From NCBI RefSeq assembly GCF_000143415.4, contig NW_003314277.1, forward strand, positions 135,183-199,182: a stretch of DNA of 64,000 nucleotides, given 5' to 3'. Made by a program: the position numbers and the translations under genes. The DNA is from Selaginella moellendorffii (lineage: Eukaryota > Plantae > Lycopodiophyta). This document shows positions 54,803-64,000 of this stretch, in pieces (the first letter of the stretch is position 1; each line of letters opens with the position of its first letter). The notes under the pieces were generated by a model. That model was not told the DNA's origin, did no database searches, and saw only the letters and a program-made list of their open reading frames with translations.

Positions 54803-57800
54803 TTAATTGAACTTTGCATAAGTACATAGAGTTCTGCCTTGCAGAAATTCCTCCACTAGATCTCGCGCGTTCGCTATGTTCTCTTCCGGTTCCCATGTTG
54901 CTTTGCAGTGTGGAAATCCTTTCCACTTCACATGGAACTCTCTCACTTCGCGTCCTTGTCGCTTGCTCTTGCGCGCATTAAGGATGGCCTCGACTTCGTA
55001 TTCCTCTTCCCCTTGGATAACCTCAGGTAAAGGTCTTACTTGGTCCTTGCGAAGCAGATCCTCAAAATACGGCTTGAGTAAGTTCATGTGGAACACGGGA
55101 TGCATCTTCCCCATCTCTTGAGGAAGTCGGAGTCGGTAAGCCACTTTACCGATTCGAGCCTCAATCTCGTAAGGCCCCGCGAACCTGCTTAAGGAACTCA
55201 AGATCAACTCATTTACAGGAATACATGCATTTTTACCTTTGGGTCAACTTCCGGCTGATCCCACTTGGTAGCCTGAGGTTTTTGGTGTTCAGCCACACCT
55301 TCTCCCCAGCTTGGAACTCTACATCCCGGCGCTTCTGGTTCGCGTACTTAGTTTGCCTTTGTTGAGCTTGTTTCAAGGAATCCCTCACTAGATTCCAAAT
55401 GTTGAGTCTTTCCGCCGTGAATGCCTTTATTGCGGGTAACTCTCCATGATACTCGGCCACACCGAGTTCCACAGGACCTTCTATAGCTCGCCCATTGATG
55501 ACTTCCCATGGACTCACCCCGATACTCGAATGTGGTGAGTTGTTATAACACATTTCCACAAGCCCCAAATGACTTACCCAATTGGTCTGGTCTCCCGAGA
55601 CATAGCATCGCAAATAATCCTCCAGCTGCTTATTCACCCTTTCCGTTTGTCCGTCTGTCAAGAAGTGTTAGTGTCACTAAACTTGACTTAATACCTCATA
55701 CATGTTTGTGGGTGATAGGCTGTGCTGAATTTCAACTTAGTGCGATATTGTTCCAGGAGGGTCCTCCAGAACCTACTAGTGAAGATCTTATTTCGATCTG
55801 AGATGATCTCTTCCGGCCTTCCCCGCACTCGAACCACTTGTTCAAAGAACAGCTTCGCCACACCTTCTGCATCCACTTCCGTTGTGGTGGGTATGAAATG
55901 TGCCATTTTCGAAAATCGGTCCACCACCACGAATATCGCATCAAACCCCTTGCTTGGGGGAAGTCCCGTGATGAAGTCCATCTGTAAGCAACCAAAGGGA
56001 ACGATTCGAGAGACGATCCATAGGGGTTCAAATATAGAAGGAAAGGGCCCATGAACAAGAGTGCACCCCCTTTTCTAATCGGTTAAGGGTCTTGGGATAG
56101 TTGGAGTTAAGCGTCCTTGGGTTTGAATAGTACTGGGCTGGGTGACCTCCCGGGAAGTCCAAACTCAGGAGGTTTACATTTGGTATCAGAGGGGTCTCGG
56201 GTCCGACTCTGTTGGTTGGCTAGGGGAATCGCACCACATATTGATTGACATCTGACTGGTCCAGTTTGCTCCCGCTGGGCTCGACCCGAGGGGTAGGGTG
56301 TCAAGAGAGCGGGGCTCTCGGGAGAGCTGCGGCTCTCAGCTTCCGTTCACGAGGGCGTGAACTTGCAGGGAAGCGTGGTGGATTGTAAGCAACCAAAGGG
56401 AACGATTCGAAAGACGATCCATAGGGGTTCAAATATAGAGGGAAAGGGCCCATGAACAAGAGTGCACCCCCTTTTCTCATTTGGAATTGGGATGCTTTGC
56501 AACAAGCCCCCACTAGCCTTAGTCACGGCTTTGACCTGCTGACATGTTGGACATGTCTTTATATAGTCTTGGACGTCCTTAGCCATATCTGGCCAATAGT
56601 ACTTCCTCTTGAGTAAGCCCATCGTCTTGGGCACTCCGCCGTGTCCCGCAAGAGGTCTGTCATGACACTCTTCTAAGGCTACCTTCCTTAGTTCCCCTTC
56701 TGGAACATACACCCTCGTTTGCTTGTAATAAATGAGTCCGTTGCGTTCCGCATAGCCTGTTTTCTCTTCCATTGGCAGCTCACCTCTCTGGTGAGCTTCC
56801 CGCGCCTCCAGATTCCTCAACAACACTTCTTGTGCTAGACCATCGTTCTCATATGCTGTCCGCACATCGTCCCAGAAGGTTGCTGTTGCGCTGGATATCG
56901 CCAACCTCAAACTCGCTTTTCGACTTAGCGCATCTGCCACGATGTTGCTCTTCCCAGGCTTGTACAGAATCTCGCAATCAAACTCGGCCAAGGCATTGGC
57001 CCACCAACCTTGTTTCCCTCTCAGGTCGGGCTGTGACAAGAAGTGTTTCGTTGCCACATTGTCCGTGTAAACCTTGAAGTGTCTCCCAAGGTAGTGTCGC
57101 TACTCCTTGAGCGCCTTGACCACCGCAAACAATTCCATCTCGTGGGCAGGCCACTTCCATTGAGCCTTGTCCAACTTCTTCGAGAAGAACACTACTGGAT
57201 GGTTGTCTTGCTTCAAAACTGCGCCAAACACAAAGTCCGAAGCATCCGTTTCTACCTCAAAGTCCTTACCAAAGTCTGGTAATGCCAACACAGGAGCCTT
57301 CCTCAACTTCCCTTTGAGGTGGACAAATGCTACCTCGCATTCTGCTGTCTATACCATCTTCCCTTTTCCTGTTTGGTCCGTTAAGGGCAGGGCTACTCTC
57401 GAATAGTGTCTGATAAACTTTCGGTAGTAGTTGCATAGCCCCAAGAACGCCCTTAACTCATGTACATTCGATAGTCGCTCCCATTCCTGGATCGCTTGGA
57501 CCTTCTCCAGGTCCACCTTGAGCTCGTCCTGGCCCACCACATGCCCGAGAAACTTTACCTCTTGTTGAGGAAAGTCACATTTGCTCTCTTTAGCATACAA
57601 TTTGTGTTCCCTTAGTTTCTTAAACACCTTCGCCAAGTGTTCGGCATGCTCCTCTAGTGTCTCGCTATAGATCAGGATGTCGTCGATATAAACGACCACG
57701 AAGTGATCCAGATAGGGTACAAAGATGTGGTTCATCAACGCCGAAAATGTTGTCGGCGCATTGCACAGCCCAAAGGGCATCACCAGAAACTCAAAGCTCC

Positions 57801-60050
57801 CATACCTCGTTTGACAGGTTGTCTTCTCGACATCTTCCTCAGCTACCCTGATCTGGTAGTATCCTGACCTTAGGTCAATTCTCGAGAAGTATTTTGCCTT
57901 TCCCAACCTATTGAACAGGTCCTCAATCCTTGGCAAAGGGTATTTGTTCTTCTTTATATACTTGTTGAGCAACCGGTAATCTATGCAAATGCGCATAGAT
58001 CCATCTTTCTTTTTCACAAATAACACCGGCGCCCCATACGGCAACTTGCTCAACCTAACATACCCTTTGTCCACCAACTCCTCTAGTTGGCACTTGAGCT
58101 CCTTGAGTTCTTTTTCGTTCAACCGATAGGGGGGATGAACCACCGCCTCAGCACCCTCGACCAGCTCAATCTTATGTTCTATCAGTCGTGCAGGGGGCAA
58201 CCCTGCCGGTAGCTCCTCCGGCATGGTATCCTGGAATTGGTCCAACACCCGTTGGATCACTAAAGGTACTTCTTCCGTTCCTGTCTTTTTATCACTCTTC
58301 ACTGAGAGTAAGCACAAAAAGGTTGCCTTAGTTCCTTTAGTGAGTTGTCCTCTCGTGGACACCAGGTTTAAGTAGGATTCTTTGGCCTTGCTTTGCCCTA
58401 CCTTTAGATCCTGGGCCTCCACCCTAGACCTTCTTCCTTGGGCATTCGCCAGTACCACAAGGTTCCTACCTTGTCCATGTAGGGCTACCATGAACCGATT
58501 GAACCAATCCATTCCGAAGATCACGTCAAATCCCACCATGTCTAACACGGTGAAATCTATGTCTACTTTCCATGTCCCTACTTCGACTCTCGCTTGTCGA
58601 AGTACCTCATCAGTGCTTTGGCTACCTTGAACAAACTCTATAGTCCTTGGTTCACCTAGCCGCTGCACCGTTAGTCCGGCTTGCCGGACTACGTCTGCAG
58701 CCACAAAATTATCCGAAGCACCCGTGTCAATAAGGATCTTAACAAAGCTACCTCCGAGTTTCCCTCGGAGGGCTAGTAGATGTCGCGAATGACTCTCTAC
58801 CAAAGTTGCTTGTGTAATGAGTAACTTCGAGTTAGGGACTGGATCACATACCTCAGTTTGGACTTCACCCGACTTGATGGCCATATTGGCTCTGGCCTTC
58901 TTCGGGTAGGGACATTCCCTCGAAAAGTGTCCCGCTTCACCACAGTTGTAGCATATGTTGTTTCCCACGCTGCTATAAGACTTGACCTTTTTATCCGTGG
59001 GTTTGTCTTTTTTCGCTTGACTCCCCATGTACTCGCTCGCTGGCCACCGGATTTGCCTTTCTGGAACCCCGAGAACTCATTCTTATAGAAACTCTTCTTG
59101 AATTTCCCCCTGCTATACGTTCCCCTTGGTTTGGCCTCTTTGTTAAACGTGGATCCCGACCCCGTCGTGTTCCCCTTTCACAGGTTATCGTTGAAATGCA
59201 CTTTGATGGCCGCATCCAATGCTTCCTTGTAGTTGGTCGGGTTCCAGCGCATCACCTCACCGCTAGCCCAGGTTTGCAAACTTGATATGAAGGCATGGAA
59301 CGCATCCATATCCCCCATGTCCGTGACAAGTATCCTCTTTGCCATGAACCCATTCACATATTCCTGGATGGTTCCAGTCTGCTTCAGCCTACTCAACTCA
59401 TCTCTCAAATGCAGAGTGGCATTCGGAGGAACGTATGTTGCGCGGATCCTCGCCTTTATCATGTCCCAAGTGGCCACTGGTCCTTCGTTGGCCTCCGTCG
59501 TTCTCCACCAAGACTTGGCATTATCTGCCAAGTATGGTTTTGCACATGGGACCTTCTTCGAGTTCGGTAATCGCAACGCTCGGAAGTAGTCCTCCATATC
59601 GTAAAACCAATCCTCCACCACCTTATAGTCATTCACTCCTTTGAAGACCGGTGGGGGCTTTGGTTTGTACTTGGGAACTGCCTGAGGGACTGATTCTACT
59701 TCGGTCTATTCGACCTTGTTTGGTTCTGCCTCAGTCCCTGCCGAAGGGTCCGCACCTTCTGTGCTGCCAGCATCCGCGGTCTTTCTCTTTTTCTTCTGCT
59801 TCTCATCACGCTTTAGCTTGCGTATGAGAGTCTCCAGCAGGGCATTGGTCTGTGCTAACTGTCCTTCTAGCACGTCCAATCGAGCCTTGGACGACCAAAC
59901 CTCGCCACCAGACTCCTGTTTGGAAGTTTCCTCACTAGAGTCCTCCTCATGCAAGGATTCCTTATCCATAGCCTCTTATTCGACTGGAGGCTCCAGCTCC
60001 GGTGGAGGTTCCGTCTCCGCCTGGGTTCGCTTACGCTCTGCCCTTGCCAT
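54803..60050 (-). pseudogene. gag-pol polyprotein (gag, CCHC, protease, RT, RNase H, integrase, chromodomain)
   Basis: [45 protein letters not shown]...CPTCQQ, MDFITGLP, ISDRN, GQTERVN, AGPY, and YEVEAIL..FHVKWKGF. In-frame nonsense codons at about 59977, 59707, 59179, 57350 and 57101, plus one frameshift. Confidence 0.93.
55983..56477 (+). mobile_element. Cassandra-type TRIM (5S rRNA-derived LTR) nested in the Gypsy integrase
   Basis: LTR1 55983-56178 (TGTAA...TTACA) with a 5S-like block at 56105-56160; PBS TGGTATCAGAG at 56181-56191; interior about 205 bp; LTR2 from 56384, truncated at about 56477. Confidence 0.9.
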
Positions 60051-60505
60051 CTCCCAGCAATCCGCCTCTATCCTTCGCTAGAACTGAGAAAAAGGCTCTG
60101 ATACCAAATTGTAAGCCACAAATTTTTCCTTTCCAATTTGCCAGCTTACCTCATCTATCCGACCAACACTGCCTTGGCTTGTGCTAAGTTCCCTTGCCAA
60201 GGTTCTTGTCTATTGTACCAGCTCCTACTTGGTTTCAGCTACTCACTACACGAGCAACGGAGTGTTAACCATCCATCTATGGATTCCTAAATCTTTCCCA
60301 ATCCCCCTCCCCGGGTTAGACTGGACTTAAGGTTTGGCTACACTCCCTGCAGGCACAAGCAGCCAAGCACACCAAGCCTCCAGGTTCTTAACACCCCTTG
60401 GTACAACAAGACTTGATCATGGGACCCTCTAAATTGATTGAGTGCCTGGTGGTGAACTTTGAGGATGATGGGAAGAGAAATACTCTTGGTTTTCGAGTAT
60501 TGGCA

Positions 60506-63500
60506 GTTAGTCTTTGGGATTAACTCGAAATTTACTAAATATGAAATGTCTTTAGATTGTGAATTTGGACACGGGATGAACACCATTGTGTTTAGGACAA
60601 TTTCTACATTCCGTAGATATGCCAAATGAGCAAATTTAGATACTTTCCATAATTAGCATTTGGGACCGAATTGAGACTAACACAAAGGGCATGATAGCAA
60701 GGGTGTTTGACAAGCACAATAAGCTATCATCTAGCGAATATTAAAGGATCAATCTCAATATCACAGGGGTTCCCAACATTAACAAGTGCAAGTCAATGAA
60801 TGAGTTTCTCTAACTAGGTCAAGTATGTTTGATTAATAGCATTTAGGAATTCCGTCATGATGCTCATTTGGTCAAGTGCACATGCAAAAACTAGTTTCTC
60901 AACTAGTTTAGGTGAAGATTGATATGATAATGGGCCCAACAATACCAACCTTCTGCCATCGTGGTAGTAAGGAAAGAATATTCGAAAGGACTAACTGACC
61001 TGAAATCACATTCAAAAAACTTTCCCCCCCTTAAAGAAGATTGACGTCCTCGTCGATGCATACTCGAATCTAGACCATCGCCAAAGAAACAGCTCTATAA
61101 AAAGTTCACGGTATTCACACTATATAAGAAATGCACCAACTGAAATGAGTTAGGGGTAACTTCTTTGTCTAACACGAATGCATTACCAACTCAGACATTT
61201 TCTGGCCGTCGTTGATAAGGAAATGACCAATGGAGTTAGCCACCCTTGCTACTTTGGGTGTCACCTAGCTTACAAAAGTGTGATATGCTTCTGCCTGCAA
61301 GGACATAGAGAGAGAAGCCAAAGGCCCTAACTCCCGATAGAGAGGCGGGTGATGTGACCAGTCTATAGTAGCTACCCCATGATTAAAGATTTCACTATGC
61401 ACACGAAGTGCTGAAGCTAGTCTGCTCATACTGACCCAAAGTCAAAGATCAATAGATGGACAATATCAAATTTATAAACAACAATATCTTAGAGACTTAA
61501 TTATCAGTGATTAAATCTTATTTTAGAATATAAAAGTATTCTAAGTAAGTTATCATCTGATAAACTAGTATGAGCGTATAGGAACCACCAAAATCACTAG
61601 AGTTGGTAAACATAGGATTCACTATCTAACAAAATTTAATAGCAAGTGTATCATCAAGAAAACTCAATGAGAAAATTTAACTACCGAAAATTATAGACAG
61701 TATGCTCAACAACTTACCAAAGATAACTCAAAGAACACCAAATATCATTGACTAGCAAGCAAGATGCTCACGAATGTATCATCTGAAGGAAATGACATCT
61801 CAATCTATCAGAATTAACTCAAACAATAATCAATAGAATAGAATGAATGCGGCAAAACCAATAAAAACTCATTCATGTTAATTATCACACCAACTAATCT
61901 GACTAGATTTTAATTAACAATACGAAGGAACTAAAGTTGCTTAAGCAAGCGTCAATAACATCCTAGCAATATCTCAAACCCAAGAAACCAATCCAAGGAA
62001 AACCATAAGAACATGTGGTATTGCGAAAAGCCATAAGTTATCAAAAAGAACAATTAACCATCAAGAAAGATAGTTAATCATCCTATCAATGAAAAGATGT
62101 ATAATCATCATCAAAGAAAGAATCCACCATCCGAAGAATGGCAAATCATTCTAGATTAACAACAATCAAGCAAAAGCTTTTGACGAAGATAATCAACTAT
62201 CCTAAATGATAATCAATTATCACCAATGATTGGTAGATGCAAAAGCTAACTTAAATATTGAAACTAATAAGCCAAAATACCTTTTACAAGAACTCCTAGC
62301 AAATGGACTAATGAGCATAAAACTCAAAGAATCAACAACTTGAAGAAGTCTATAGCTAAGTCTTGCTTAACAATGATCATAAGTTTTGCATGAATTAACT
62401 TCAATGCTAAAGAAGAAATTTATGGTATAACCTATAATATTCTTCTCAACAAATCCATAAGCCAAACTTCATAATGCTAAAGCTAATGAAGAGCATATCT
62501 ACATCAATCCAAAAGCTAAGTATAATAGAGTTATGTTCAACAAGTGATCATTAAATCGATCCTTCATGAATCCATCTATATTAAGACGTAACTCACTTCA
62601 TAACAAACACAAGAAAAATCATCAATAATTAATATATTTTAACTCAAATCTAATAAAGATTCAAACATTTCAATATTGAACACTAACTCTTCTTCTCATA
62701 AAGCTAGTATAGTCCATGATTAAATCACTTTTCAAGGAAAAGCTAAAGCTCAACCCCAACTAAACAATCTCGTTTAGAACATAACTAACTCCACTTGCCA
62801 CTCAGTTCATTTGAATGCTAATATAGTTGTTAATTAGCAAATGCACGAATGCTAATAATATAAAGTTACAGCCAAATCATCAACATTATTTTCATTAAGA
62901 CTAATGAAACTTAATATCACTCTTACAGGGAAACATCTCATTTCACTCAAATCTCAACATCAACAATGTCAGCAACAAGGCATCACTTCAATGCCACTAA
63001 CACCATCACAAAACTAATAAAAACAAGAGTGAATCACCACTCAAAACTCTTTAGCAACCAAGCTAATCAAAGTCGAAGATACTTTAGTCAGTATCCGAGA
63101 CTAAACCTTTAACAATACTTAATTATAGATAACACATCATTAAAGAGTGATTCACCACATTCAAGACTCCATGAAATCTAACACTAGAGACTAAACGTAT
63201 CCAAATGATATCAATAGAGGTATTGTCAATATGCCAACATGGAAAAACCATGCAAGTCTAACAACACGATCCTTCACAATATCACCTAGTAAAGCAAGCC
63301 CATTATCGATAAATTGTTATCGAGCGAGGCAAGTGTCAATAGTCTTTAGTGAAGTTTACAAGCAATCACTAGTTGCAAAACAACCAAGAATCACTTTTCA
63401 ACTTGCCTTTACAAGACATAAACACTAAACTCATGCCATCAAGTTATATACTTGTCTAACATGAATGTAATACCCTAGTACGAGATGAAGGTTCATGGAG

Positions 63501-64000
63501 AAGCACGAACTAAATAACTACTCGAATCCAACTCAACCGCATTAAACTCACTAATGCATTTAGCCAACAACTCTAAGCATGCCTTGATGAGGCTAACTAT
63601 GCATGATTAACATTCAGTCGAAACTAAAATGAAGACCATGAGATGGAGTCATATTAGTACACAACCTCCTCATAGATAAAATTACAACATGGGTACCAAT
63701 ATCTCAACCTCAAATAACTAAGTTGGACATCACCACCCTCAGCTAAGGCGCAAGGGTACCAAGACTAAGTCAAAATCAGTGAGAGCTCACTACTCTCATA
63801 GAGTTTAACGAAATGCAAGATGCAACCTACCACCAAGCACTATGTTATAGAAGAAAGGCATAAGGGTGACTTTTTTTGGAAAAGTGCAACAACCACTTTT
63901 CTACACTAACTCCAAACACTATCCAACTTAATTGCTTTAACCCCAAAAGTCAAAATCCCTTTCGGGCTGCATTATACAAACTATCTACTAAGGTTTAAAC
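60506..64000 (-). mobile_element. LARD-like element copy 3 (partial LTR plus interior, continues past the window)
   Basis: Collinear with about 6996-10605 of copy 1. Confidence 0.9.

Larger units (their letters stand above)
53236..60433 (-). mobile_element. Ty3/Gypsy chromovirus LTR retrotransposon (defective copy)
   Basis: LTRs begin TGTAAGCCAC at 53236 (to about 54770, with an N gap) and at 60110 (truncated about 60433). PBS minus TGGTATCAGAGCC at 60094-60106. Domain order is gag-PR-RT-RH-IN-chromo. Confidence 0.95.

Noticed and set aside
56105-56160. 5S rRNA gene
   Set aside because: Only the internal-promoter half is present, embedded in a TG...CA LTR followed by a PBS.
55982-56467. Cassandra insert removed as a third integrase intron
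   Set aside because: The nearest GT donor and the TTACAG acceptor on the minus strand give an out-of-frame junction, and host codons are missing.

Overview
This is plant nuclear DNA. Very short introns (about 45-80 nt), tightly packed genes, PLS/E-class PPR genes and ELIPs point to a lycophyte such as Selaginella, which is an inference. Apparently intact genes: two ELIPs, a BURP-domain protein, an ABCC/MRP transporter, an ER-ANT1-like ADP/ATP carrier, a RabE1 GTPase, a NERD-like PHD-SWIB-Plus3-GYF-CCCH protein with a U12 AT-AC intron, a PAF-acetylhydrolase-like lipase and two orphan intronless ORFs. Pseudogenes or fragments: two PPR, AAE15, ELIP, BAHD, aminopeptidase P and P450. About 40% of the window is LTR-retroelement DNA, and the most striking observations are there. 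(1) A complete 324-bp miniature LTR element whose 120-bp LTRs each carry a 72-nt tRNA-like cloverleaf with Pol III A/B boxes, i.e. a tRNA counterpart of Cassandra, inserted just behind an ELIP gene. (2) A Gypsy chromovirus whose integrase is split by two GT-AG intron-like inserts whose removal restores the frame. (3) 5S-rRNA-containing Cassandra-type TRIMs. (4) Three copies of a non-coding LARD-type element (full-length copy about 7.2 kb) that shares LTR blocks and PBS with that chromovirus. All alignments and identity estimates were made by eye; no database searches were run.
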